Source: Octopus sinensis (Eukaryota). Taken from it: a stretch of DNA of 22,473 nucleotides. Numbering within the stretch: position 1 is the stretch's first letter; every line of letters begins with the position of its first letter. The translations under genes and the position numbers were made by a program. Below, piece by piece: positions 10,641-19,684 of the stretch. Below the pieces are notes generated by a model that saw only the letters and a list, made by a program, of their open reading frames with translations, made no database searches and was not told the DNA's origin. The stretch covers positions 1-22,473 of the forward strand of contig NW_021836926.1 in assembly GCF_006345805.1 (NCBI RefSeq), in the 5' to 3' direction.

Positions 10641-10900
10641 ATTCTCTTTGAGGTGGTATGCGGAGAGTTCATCTTTCAGTCCCTCTTCAGAGCCTACCAG
10701 ATAATGGCCATCAGAGGGGTTAATAAGAGGAAGGTCATCAAGCTGGCTACCGAAGCAGCCAAGGTCACTTCAAGAAGGCTGTAGATCAGGAGAAGTCAGT
10801 CATGTGCGGGGTAGAGCAAACTACTCTAGATTGGTCAAACCCGGCTGAGCCGCCTGGGAGAGGATGCCTGATAGCTGGACAGCCTGAAACATGAAAAACT
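10641..10900 (+). mobile_element. HERO-clade (restriction-like endonuclease) non-LTR 3' remnant with 3' UTR
   Basis: FEVVCGEFIFQSLFRAYQIMAIRGVNKRKVIKLATEAAKVTSRRL*IRRSQS matches the HERO C-terminus PxEVGCRGF..QSLxRAY..LGIxG..KRxAIK.xTEAAE.ASRWLWIxR. Confidence 0.75.
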
Positions 10901-10915
10901 GTACGCTACAACATT

Positions 10916-11155
10916 TTTTTTCCCTTCTCTTTTCTTTACTACCCACAAGGGGCTAAACACAGAGAGGACAAACAAGGAGAGACAAACAGATTAAGTCGAT
11001 TACATCGACTCCAGTGCGGAACTGGTACTTATTTAATCGACCCCGAAAGGATGAAAGGCAAAGTCGACCTCGGTGGAATTTGAACTCAGAACGTAGCGGC
11101 AAATACCGCTAGGCATTTCGCCCGCTGTGCTAACGTTTTCTGCCAGCTCGCCGCC
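10916..11155 (-). mobile_element. Monomeric full-length SINE family C
   Basis: Minus strand starts GGCGGCGAGCTGGCAGAAAACGTTAGC, has a GAGTTCAAATTC B-box and an A-rich tail. Short TSD AACATT at 10910-10915 and 11156-11161. Confidence 0.92.
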
Positions 11156-11175
11156 AACATTGATATGTCCAAGCG

Positions 11176-11189
11176 TATATATATAATAT

Positions 11190-11240
<51 letters not shown>

Positions 11241-11271
11241 TATATATATATATATATAATATATATATATA

Positions 11272-11307
<36 letters not shown>

Positions 11308-11331
11308 ATATATATATATATATATAATATA

Positions 11332-11389
<58 letters not shown>

Positions 11390-11396
11390 TATATAT
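11176..11396. repeat. Long (TA)n microsatellite
   Basis: Seen directly. Confidence 0.97.
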
Positions 11397-11647
11397 GTGT
11401 AGGGAGAGATTAGTATTATGATTATTATTGTGATTATTTCATGTTGATACTGTTGAGAAAGCACAAATAGATCCAATAAATCTCAGTTGTTATATTTCAT
11501 TTATTTCTATATAAAATATATTAAAATAACTAATTCTTTTAACATTTGTCAATTTATTCTGCAATACAACCGTCTTTATGTTTTCTATTTAACTATAAAT
11601 GCCAGGTGCAATAAATATCCTTTTCACCAATTATAATTCCAGCAATA

Positions 11648-11651
<4 letters not shown>

Positions 11652-11684
<33 letters not shown>
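11652..11684. repeat. (TA)n microsatellite
   Basis: Seen directly. Confidence 0.95.
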
Positions 11685-11690
<6 letters not shown>

Positions 11691-12081
11691 TATATAGTTA
11701 TATAAAACAATATTTTCCGTTCAATAATACTGAAATTATGAGTAGAGTGAGAACGTTTACTAAGGAGATAAATACAGAGTTAAGGCGCTAGGGAGATAAA
11801 TAGTGAGGTAAGGTGCACTTTATTAGTAATTTTACATCATTATCACGGACGTAAAAGCCAAAAAGATAAATGTGGTGTAAGGATATTTAATATACTGTAA
11901 TATACAGTGAAGTAATGTTTCAAATCTGATAAAGTTCACTATAATGAAACTAATCTTCGCTTTAATTCGTTGGTGCCTCTTCTATGAGATACTTGTAAGT
12001 CAATTTACTCTTTCATTTCATTTTAATATTCATTGCTTCGTGCGACACGACTCCTCCGGGGCAGAATTCTTGAGTGCGAGC

Positions 12082-12486
12082 GGGCAGAAACGTTAGCACG
12101 CCGGGCGAAATGCGTAGCCGTATTTCGTCTGTCTTTACGTTCTGAGTTCAAATTCCGCCGAGGTCGACTTTACCTTTCATCCTTTCGGGGTCGATAAATT
12201 AAGTAACAGTTATGCAGTGGGGTCGATGTAATCGACTTAATCCGTTTGTCTGTCCTTGTTTGTCCCCTCTGTGTTTAGCCCCTTGTGGGTAGTAAAGAAA
12301 TAGGTATTTCGTCTGCCGTTACGTTCTGAGTTCAAATTCTGCCGAGGTCGACTTTGCCTTTCATCCCTTCGGGGTCGATAAATTAAGTAACAGTTATGCA
12401 GTGGGGTCGATGTAATCGGCTTAATCCCTTTGTCTGTCCTTGTTTGTCCCCTCTGTATTTAGCTCCTTGCGGGCAATAAAGAAATA
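12082..12486 (+). mobile_element. Dimeric SINE family C with 19-bp TSD
   Basis: Two units joined at AAAGAAATAG|GTATTTCGTCTG (~12303). TSD AGAATTCTT(G/T)AGTGCGAGC at 12063-12081 and 12487-12505. Confidence 0.93.
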
Positions 12487-12659
12487 AGAATTCTTTAGTG
12501 CGAGCTCCCCCCCCCCATGGCAAGATTTAAAAGTACCACTTGTAAAGTAAAGTAAACGTTACTTATACTTCTCTTTGCGCTTGCATCCACACCCTGGTTG
12601 ATATTGCCTATTTCTAGGCCCCGTAGAAGTGCTCAGCAGTAAAATTGGTTTTCCATTGA

Positions 12660-12860
12660 CTTCACATACAAGGACAGCAATTTCTGAGGTGGAGGTAAGT
12701 CAATTAAATCAACCTAAGTACTTAACTGCTACTTATTTATAGACCCCGAAAGGATGAAAGGCAAAGTCGACCTCGGAATTTGAACTCAGAACGTAAAGAC
12801 GGACGAAATACTGCTAAGCATTTTGCCCCGCACAGTAACGATTCTGCCAGCTTGCCCCGC
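12660..12860 (-). mobile_element. SINE family C copy (older, alternative tail)
   Basis: GACCCCGAAAGGATGAAAGGCAAAGTCGACCTCGG...GAACTCAGAACG...TCTGCCAGCT is homologous to the other family C copies. Confidence 0.9.
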
Positions 12861-13204
12861 TAGTTCGCTATTTAATATTGACTCAGTGTGTCACCAATTT
12901 GCCAGAAAGGTAACCGATATATGTATGAATTGCATCAAATCTCCATCGAACGGTCTGTGAATGTTGTATTCAGTGTGTATTAAACATTCATACTGAATTA
13001 AGAGACTTAGGGTCATTAGAGATTGAGAAGCGATGGGGGGGGGGGGTAGTATGCGAAGTGAGCGATGAGGTGGGAAGTGAAGAGTGAGGGAAATGCACTT
13101 TTGGAACAAAGTTTGATGCAAAATCGAGATCAAATGAAATGGGAAAGAAGAAGAAATAACCAAGGGAAATGAGTTTGGCGTTTAAAATTTTTTTTTTTTA
13201 CTAA

Positions 13205-13460
13205 GAATTATTTCTTTATTATCCATAAGGATTAACACAGATGGGGACAATACAATGATTTGGGGTCAAAAATGGAACTTTTTACAATGAAATCGGATGG
13301 ATTATTTACAGTGAAATCGGATGGATTATTTACAATGGAGTTATAATGAAAATGAAATCGAATAAGAACAAACAAACAAAAAGAGACAATGCATTGTTAA
13401 AGAAACGGCTGCGTAGGTGGCCAGTGACACACCCAGTGACACAAACGAAGAGGAAGATGA
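13205..13460 (-). mobile_element. Probable LINE 3' UTR fragment whose tail resembles the SINE family C tail; contains a 24-bp tandem duplication
   Basis: Minus-strand end TTGTCCCCATCTGTGTTAATCCTTATGGATAATAAAGAAATAA resembles SINE tail TTGTCCCCTCTGTGTTTAGCCCCTTGTGGG..ATAAAGAAATA, but the upstream sequence is unrelated to the SINE body. TTTACARTGAAATCGGATGGATTA occurs twice at 13281-13328. Confidence 0.5.
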
Positions 13461-14070
13461 GGTGATAGAAAGGTTGATGACAGAAATTTTGAATTCTAAA
13501 AAAGAAAATTCATTCCTGTGTACACTTAGATATAGTTATATGTAAATATCTCACCCTAGCTATAGTTATATGTATATATTTGTGTGCTATGTAGAATATG
13601 CTACATTCACGTTATCAAACAAGGTGATATCAACGTCACACACACATATTCAAACAACTACAAAATATTACTGGCTACCATTAAATTAAATAGAAATAAA
13701 TATATAATTGGAATATAAGCGCATACACACATGCACATATATACACACGCTCACATACAAATATATACATACGCTCTCCATCAATGCTGGAAAGTAAAAG
13801 TGCAATCAGAGAATCAATTTCGTTCTACATTTATCAAGAAGTCTGGATGACATTTCCTATGGAAGAATCTCGGCGATGGCACTCGCAATATATTTCATAG
13901 TAATTTTCATTTGATTAACCAATAAAATTAATGAATTCATCAATTATTTAAGTTCCTCGTGAAACTAGACGTAGAAATAAAGACATTTGTCATAGCAAAA
14001 TGTCCATGTTTAATTTTATCTCATTCTGAAAAATTACTTCGAAATGTGTCCCTCTCCTTCCCCCGTTCAC

Positions 14071-14305
14071 TATGTATGTATGTATGTATGTATGTATGTA
14101 TGTATGTATGTATGTATGTATGTATGTATGTATGTATGTATGTATGTATGTATGTATGTATGTATGAATGGATGTATGTGTATAGATATGAGTGAGTATA
14201 TGTACGTATGTATGTATGTATGTATGTATGTATGTATGTATGTATGTGTATATATATATTATGTATGTGTATATATATATATATATTATGTATGTATGTG
14301 TATAT
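14071..14305. repeat. (TATG)n/(TA)n microsatellite
   Basis: Seen directly. Confidence 0.97.
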
Positions 14306-14459
14306 ACTCTTTACTCTTTTACTCTTTTACTTGTTTCAGTCATTTGACTGCGGCCATGCTGGAGCACCGCCTTTAGTCGAGCAAATCGACCCCGGGACTT
14401 ATTCTTTGTAAGCCCAGTACTTATTTTATCGGTCTCTTTTGCCGAACCGCTAAGTGACG
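14306..14459 (-). mobile_element. SINE family A 3' half
   Basis: Homologous to 1228-1320, with an (ACTCTTTT)n tail repeat. Confidence 0.88.
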
Positions 14460-14474
14460 ATATATATATATATA

Positions 14475-15690
14475 TATTGTGTCAACCCATGAATAAAGCG
14501 GATTTTTTATACTTCTTTTATTTTTCAAAATTAAGATAAACAAAATTCTTTTTTAATCTAAAATATACTCTCATTCATTTTCTACAATGCTCTTCCATCT
14601 ATCTGGTAGACTTGCAAGGCCCCTCTTCCAAAATTCATTTGTCTGCGATGAAAAGTACTCCTCCAGTACTGTTCTGACCTCGTCTACAGAATTCATATTT
14701 TTTCCGTCTAAATGATTTCGAAGATTGCGGAATAAACGATAATCAGATGGGGCAGTTATAAAAATTGGTGGGTGGGGCATCGTTTCCCATTCAAACTGCT
14801 CCAACCCTTGGAATGTCATCTCCGCTGTAGGTGGCCGAGCATTATCCTGATGGAAGAACACCTTTCGTCTTGAGACCAAATATGGTAGTTTTTCTTCTAA
14901 TGCTGACTTAAGCCGCTGAAGCTGCTCGCAGTAGATCGCCTTTGTTATCATTTGGTTTGGGTTTAAAAGTTCAAAGTGGACTAAACCTTTCATATCCCAC
15001 CAAACAGATAACAACACCTTACGTGTGTGAAGACCTTCTCTAGCCTGGGGTGCAGGTGCTTCTCCTTTCCCTGCTCACTGTCTTCGGAGCTGGATATTTT
15101 TATAGAGAACCCATTTCTTGTCACCAGTCACTATTTAGTCCAAGAAAGATTCATTTGTGAGACTTGACAACAAAGAAGAGCATACATTCACTCTCGGGGA
15201 GTTTGTGAGGAACCCATCGACCCAATTTGCTGACTTTTCCGATGGCACGCAAGTGTCGATGAATGGTTGAATGACCAAATCCAAGCTTCTCTGCTAGTTC
15301 CTCTACAGTTACGATGGGATTTTGTTCCACCAGGGTTTGCAGAACATTCCCGTCGAGCTCTACAGAACTTCCATGACGAGGCCCGTCTTCTAGGCTGTAG
15401 TTTCCTACTCGGAATTTCTGGAACCGCTGTTGAAACTGGCTTACGCTTATTGTCCGATCCCCAAATACTGCATTAATATTCCTCGCACTTTCCATTGCGT
15501 TGTTGCCTTTATTGAACTCATAAAGCAAAATATGCCGAATATGCTCCTTTGTCACTTCCATTATAGCTTTGAAAAAATAACTGTTAAATTCGAACTGCAC
15601 TCTTAAAAACTTGCACTAAGAATAAGTACGAGGTAAAATTACTACTTGCTTTTATAGCAAGTTGATGCAGGTAGTTTATCCTGTCACCCA
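14475..15690 (-). mobile_element. mariner (D,D34D-type) DNA transposon, near full length, 5' TIR apparently lost
   Basis: Left end TA-TTGTGTCAACCCATGAATAAAGCGGATTTTT is TIR-like and sits in a (TA)n run. Contains the transposase pseudogene. No matching TIR at ~15690. Confidence 0.9.
14553..15561 (-). pseudogene. mariner transposase pseudogene
   Basis: MEVTKEHIRHILLYEF (HTH) ... WVPHKL ... FLD*IVTGDKKWVLY ... KVLLSVWWD ... FHQDNARP ... HPP..APSDYRLF ... LPDRWKSIVENE*EYILD*. Contains in-frame stops, a frameshift near 15170 and a damaged YSPDL motif. Confidence 0.93.
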
Positions 15691-15715
15691 TATATATATA
15701 ACACACACACACACA

Positions 15716-15760
<45 letters not shown>
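15691..15760. repeat. (TA)(CA)(CT)(CA) compound microsatellite
   Basis: Seen directly. Confidence 0.95.
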
Positions 15761-15761
15761 G

Positions 15762-15920
15762 CGGTAAGAAGTTTGCTTCTGAAGCACATAATTCCAAGTT
15801 CAGTCCCCCTATGTGGCATCTTGGGCAGGTGTCTTCTAATATAGCCCCGAAAGCCTGGGCTGGCCAAAGCTTTGTGAGTGAATTTGGCAGAGGAAAACTG
15901 AAAGACACCCGTCGTGTGTG
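15762..15920 (+). mobile_element. SINE family A 5' half
   Basis: GGTAAGAAGTTTGCTTC...AGTTCAGTCCC...TTGGGCAGGTGTCTTCT is the reverse-complement homologue of 1405-1550. Confidence 0.88.
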
Positions 15921-16447
15921 TATACCCCCCCCCCCACACACACATAAAATTAATAATAATGTACATATGTATATAATTATATCAAGGGAGCTTGGGTGAA
16001 AACGACCTGTCTCCAGCATACTTGAAGTGCCGATACTTTCAGAAAGCTATCAAAAGCTCCAGCTAAGTATACAGATGGCTGAAAGCGGGCTAGTGAGAGA
16101 GAATTAAGAAGACCTCACGTTAATTGTGAACTGGTTCCAATTTCTGCATGAAAGCAAAAAATAATTATATACATATCTACATTATTAATTTTATGTATTA
16201 ATTGCTAACTACTTGATAAAAATCATTATCGTGGTTTTTATTCTAATATTCTTTTATGAATTCATACATATATATATATAGTGATGGTATGTTGTTAACT
16301 TAATGTTGCAGTCCCAGGAAAGGGAAGAATGCTATTGCTATTTACCCCCAGGAAACACTGTTTCCAGTTAGCTACGTGAAACAAGCGTTCTGTGTCCCTA
16401 AGTTTTCAAACAGGGAAGATAAGCACCTCCACCCAGCAAAGCCAGCA

Positions 16448-16490
16448 TCCAAAGACTAGTTTCAGAGTTATTGCGCTTCATCAGTCTGGA
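16448..16490 (-). ncRNA. Minimal type-I hammerhead ribozyme motif (copy 1)
   Basis: Minus strand reads TCCAGA-CTGATGA-AGCGCAATAACTCT-GAAA-CTAG-TC-TTTGGA. Core intact, palindromic short stem III, 6-bp stem I with one G-U pair. Confidence 0.75.
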
Positions 16491-16711
16491 ATAGCTGTTG
16501 AAAACTTATAGAATTCCAAGTGAAATAAATTCACTGATCTACAAAATTAGAAATATTGCATTTCTAAATGTCGTAGAGAGACTTATACAGTAGCAGCACG
16601 ACAAAGTGACGGTTTGTTACCAACCCTAATGTGGCAGTCCCAGGAAATGGAAGGCTGAACAAACCATCACTTTCTCGTGAATAAGCATCGACAGCTCGCA
16701 AGCCTAGCTAT

Positions 16712-16754
16712 TCCAGACTGATGAAGCGCAATAACTCTGAAACTAGTCTCTGGA
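16712..16754 (+). ncRNA. Minimal type-I hammerhead ribozyme motif (copy 2)
   Basis: TCCAGA(16712-17)-CTGATGA(16718-24)-AGCGCAATAACTCT-GAAA(16739-42)-CTAG-TC(16747-48)-TCTGGA(16749-54). Perfect 6-bp stem I; predicted cleavage after GUC at 16748. Confidence 0.8.
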
Positions 16755-16760
16755 TGCTGG

Positions 16761-16764
<4 letters not shown>

Positions 16765-16802
<38 letters not shown>
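16765..16802. repeat. (TA)n microsatellite
   Basis: Seen directly. Confidence 0.95.
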
Positions 16803-16805
<3 letters not shown>

Positions 16806-16952
16806 GATGGGCTTCTTTCAGTTTTCGTCTACCAAATCTACGCACAAGGCTTTGGTCGGCAAGAGGCCATAGTAGAAGACACCTGCCCAAGGTGCTATGC
16901 ATTGAGACTGAACCCGGAACCATGTGGCTGGTAAACAAGCCACTTACCACAC
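16803..16952 (-). mobile_element. SINE family A 5' half
   Basis: Homologous to 1405-1553. Confidence 0.9.
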
Positions 16953-16993
16953 ACACACTCGCGCGCGCGCACATACACAAATTGATAGGTAAT

Positions 16994-17317
16994 TAGATAG
17001 ATAAATAGATAGATAGACAGATAGACATAGGTATACATGTAAATATATACACACATATATACGTACATACATACATACATATATAACGGGAAGCTTTATG
17101 AAAATAGACAAAAGACGAAGGCAGGTGATGCATACATACATAATACATACATACATACATACATACATACACACATGCATACATACATATATACATACAT
17201 ACATACATTCATACATACATACATATATACATACATACATACATACATTCATACATACATACATACATACATACATACATACATACATACATACATACAT
17301 ACATACATACGTACACC

Positions 17318-17348
<31 letters not shown>

Positions 17349-17397
17349 CATACATAATACATACATACATTCATACATACATATACATCTACATATA
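16994..17397. repeat. (TAGA)n and long (TACA)n microsatellite region
   Basis: Seen directly. Confidence 0.95.
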
Positions 17398-17555
17398 TGG
17401 AGCCGGCTTCTTTCGGATTTTGTCTACCAAATCCACTTGCGCACCTTGGTCGGCCCCGGGCTACCGTAGAAGACACTTACCTGAGGTGCCAAACATCGGG
17501 ACTGAACCCATAAGCACGTGGTTGGGAAGTAAAGATCTTACCACACACTCACCTG
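17398..17555 (-). mobile_element. SINE family A 5' half (diverged)
   Basis: GGCTTCTTTC...TCTACCAAATCCACT...GAAGACACTT...GGGACTGAACCC...CTTACCACAC is homologous to the other family A copies. Confidence 0.85.
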
Positions 17556-17575
17556 CACCAACAAAATATCTGCAT

Positions 17576-17675
17576 AATTGGTACTTATTTTGGTCATTCT
17601 TCATGGTTCAGACTCAGAACGTGAAGGGGTGCTACAGCTGGGCATTTCGTCTGGCTTTCTACCGATTCAGTCAAC
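17576..17675 (-). mobile_element. Deleted, diverged SINE family C fragment
   Basis: TGGTACTTATTTT...ACTCAGAACGTGAAG...GCATTTCGTCTGGC...CGATTC motifs shared with family C. Confidence 0.55.
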
Positions 17676-17814
17676 CGTAACAACTATGTATAAGTTAGCA
17701 AAATCATGACCGCATCGGGTTTAACTCGTATTGTTTCTATAGAACACACTTCATATTTCTCTCATATGCAGGATATATGATCTTTTACTGGAAGCAATAA
17801 GTTTATGTTCTAGA

Positions 17815-18067
17815 TGTTGTTGTTGTTGTTGATCTTCTTCTTCTTCTTCTTCTTCTTCTTCTTCTTCTTCTTCTTCTTCTTTTCTCTTCTTCTTTCTTCT
17901 TCTTCTCTTCTTCTCTTTCCTCCTCCTCCTCCTCCTCATCCAATCATCCTCCTCCTCCAGTCCTCCTCCTTCTCCAATCCTCCTCCTCCTCCTCCTCCTC
18001 CAATCCTCCTCCTCCTCCTCCACCTCCAATCATCCTCCTCCTCCTCCTCCTCCTTCTTCTTCTTCTT

Positions 18068-18100
<33 letters not shown>

Positions 18101-18111
18101 ATTATTATTAT
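17815..18111. repeat. Compound pyrimidine-rich microsatellite (TTG)-(TTC)n-(TCC)n-(TTC)n-(ATT)
   Basis: Seen directly; source of the poly-E/R/G/F/P ORFs. Confidence 0.97.
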
Positions 18112-18240
18112 TTCTGCCGAGGTCGACTTCACCAGTCATCCTTTGGGGTCGATAAACTAACTACCAGCTAAACAGTTGGGTCAGTGCAATCGACTCACTC
18201 TATCCCTCAAAATGCTGGCCTTGTGCCAAAATTTGAAACC
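18112..18240 (+). mobile_element. SINE family C 3' part
   Basis: TTCTGCCGAGGTCGACTT...CATCCTTTGGGGTCGATAAA...GGCCTTGTGCCAAAATTTGAAACC. Confidence 0.85.
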
Positions 18241-18257
18241 ATTATTATTATTATTAT

Positions 18258-18326
<69 letters not shown>

Positions 18327-18359
18327 ACTACTATTATTATTATTATTATTATTATTATT
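18241..18359. repeat. (ATT)n-(ACT)n-(ATT)n microsatellite
   Basis: Seen directly. Confidence 0.97.
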
Positions 18360-18837
18360 GAGTGAGAGAGCAGTTCATGCTATCAAAGTGACACTGGGGT
18401 AAAATATACGAAGCCCAATATACCCATCATGACCACCTGTCTGATAAGGGTACACCAGGCACATGCATCACAGCCATATATGTGCGCGACATGGTGATCT
18501 CATATCAAGATAAACAGCGCATGACCTTGCAGGTGGGGTCCAGTTAGAATTTTCTTCAGGTTGAGTAGCCCATCAAAAGGTCCCTGAATAAGGGTTGTTT
18601 AAGGATGTTGAACGAACCACCCATGTTTCCAGAGGTGAATTATTCAAACCCCAAAGAATTCCTCTCAACACATGGTTATGATGCTCCTCCACTACTTCTG
18701 CTCTTGATCAGAGATGCACATATCGTCAGCCACTAAGGGACATGCTCAACTGGTTATGGTCAAACAACTGACAAGCAAATCTATGGTATTGAGCAGAATA
18801 TTTGCTGTAGCCCATCTTTTATACCAAGACAAAACAA

Positions 18838-18839
<2 letters not shown>
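18360..18839. mobile_element. Non-coding ~480-bp interspersed element inserted within a (TTA)n tract
   Basis: Complex sequence bounded sharply by (TTA)n on both sides, with no convincing ORF. Probably a TAA-targeting non-autonomous retroposon (inference). Confidence 0.55.

Positions 18840-18902
<63 letters not shown>
18840..18902. repeat. (TTA)n microsatellite
   Basis: Seen directly. Confidence 0.97.
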
Positions 18903-18903
<1 letters not shown>

Positions 18904-19205
18904 AGAGGTGAGCTGATAGAATACTTAGCACACCAGAAAAGAATGCTTAGCGGCATTTCGTCCGCTCTGAGTTCTAATTCCGCCGAGGTCGACTTTGCCT
19001 TTCATCCTTTCAGGGTCGAAATATTAAGTACCGGCTGCATACTGGGGCCGATCTAATCGACTGGCTCCTTCCCCCCAAATTTTGGCCCTTGTGCCTAAAG
19101 TAGAAAAGAATTGATAAAATACATATCAATCGATCACTGGGGTCGATGTAATTGTCTTTCCCACTTCTCTGAAATTGCCGGCCTTGTACCAAAATCTGAA
19201 ACTGT
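18904..19205 (+). mobile_element. SINE family C copy plus a second partial tail unit
   Basis: GGTGAGCTG...TTAGCA...GAGTTCTAATTCCGCCGAGGTCGACTTTGCCTTTCATCC...GGCCCTTGTGCCTAAAGTAGAAA; second tail CACTGGGGTCGATGTAAT...GGCCTTGTACCAAAATCTGAAAC. Confidence 0.88.
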
Positions 19206-19604
19206 TATTGTTGTTGTTGTTGTTGTTGTTATGTTTTGTTGATTCACGGGAACAGCGTTTCGCACGGCTTAACCATGATTCCTGTGGAACAACAAATTGT
19301 GCTGAATGATGAGCTGTATTTTTTGACTTGTGCAGAAAAGTTTGCTCTCTGCTCTACGAATCTGCCGACACTTTGTACCGAGGACCTTCCGGGCAATTCT
19401 TGTTGGCTGAAAGAGATGTGTTCTCTGAGATGAAGATCAAAATTTTTAAGGTTATTCCCAATTGCTTAGTCACAGTTCACAAAGCCCGACGATAATTGCT
19501 AGGCTCATGACCTTGTTAACTTCTTCCTTCCAGTAATCGAATTTAAGTCAGTATAATATTCTACTCTTTCTTTTACTAACGATTCTGCCAGATCGCCGCC
19601 TTCA

Positions 19605-19623
19605 AATAATAATAATAATAATA

Positions 19624-19659
<36 letters not shown>
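19605..19659. repeat. (AAT)n microsatellite
   Basis: Seen directly. Confidence 0.97.
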
Positions 19660-19660
<1 letters not shown>

Positions 19661-19684
19661 GTATCTGTCAAGACCTACCAAAAA

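Larger units (their letters stand above)
16280..16764. mobile_element. Hammerhead-containing repeat element (Penelope pLTR / non-LTR retrozyme-like) with inverted and direct internal repeats, embedded in (TA)n
   Basis: 59-bp inverted repeat 16438-16496 / 16706-16764; direct repeat 16280-16328 / 16605-16654; 22-bp inverted repeat 16597-16618 / 16658-16679; (TA)n on both flanks. Confidence 0.75.

Noticed and set aside
10866-10892. CTGATAG...GAAAC as a hammerhead core
   Set aside because: Lacks the CUGANGA box and has no stem I/III or cleavage triplet; it is part of the HERO-like 3' UTR.
14571-15600. Two mariner ORFs as a functional or domesticated (SETMAR-like) gene
   Set aside because: In-frame stops, a frameshift, a damaged YSPDL motif, a missing TIR and no SET-domain exon in the window.
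17751-18402. Poly-E/R/G/F/P/T/L ORFs
   Set aside because: Trinucleotide microsatellite translations.
19236-19560. Complex, moderately GC-rich stretch as a possible host exon
   Set aside because: Open in several frames, but none of the translations shows a recognisable motif and there is no convincing splice-site pair; cannot be supported without a homology or RNA-seq search.
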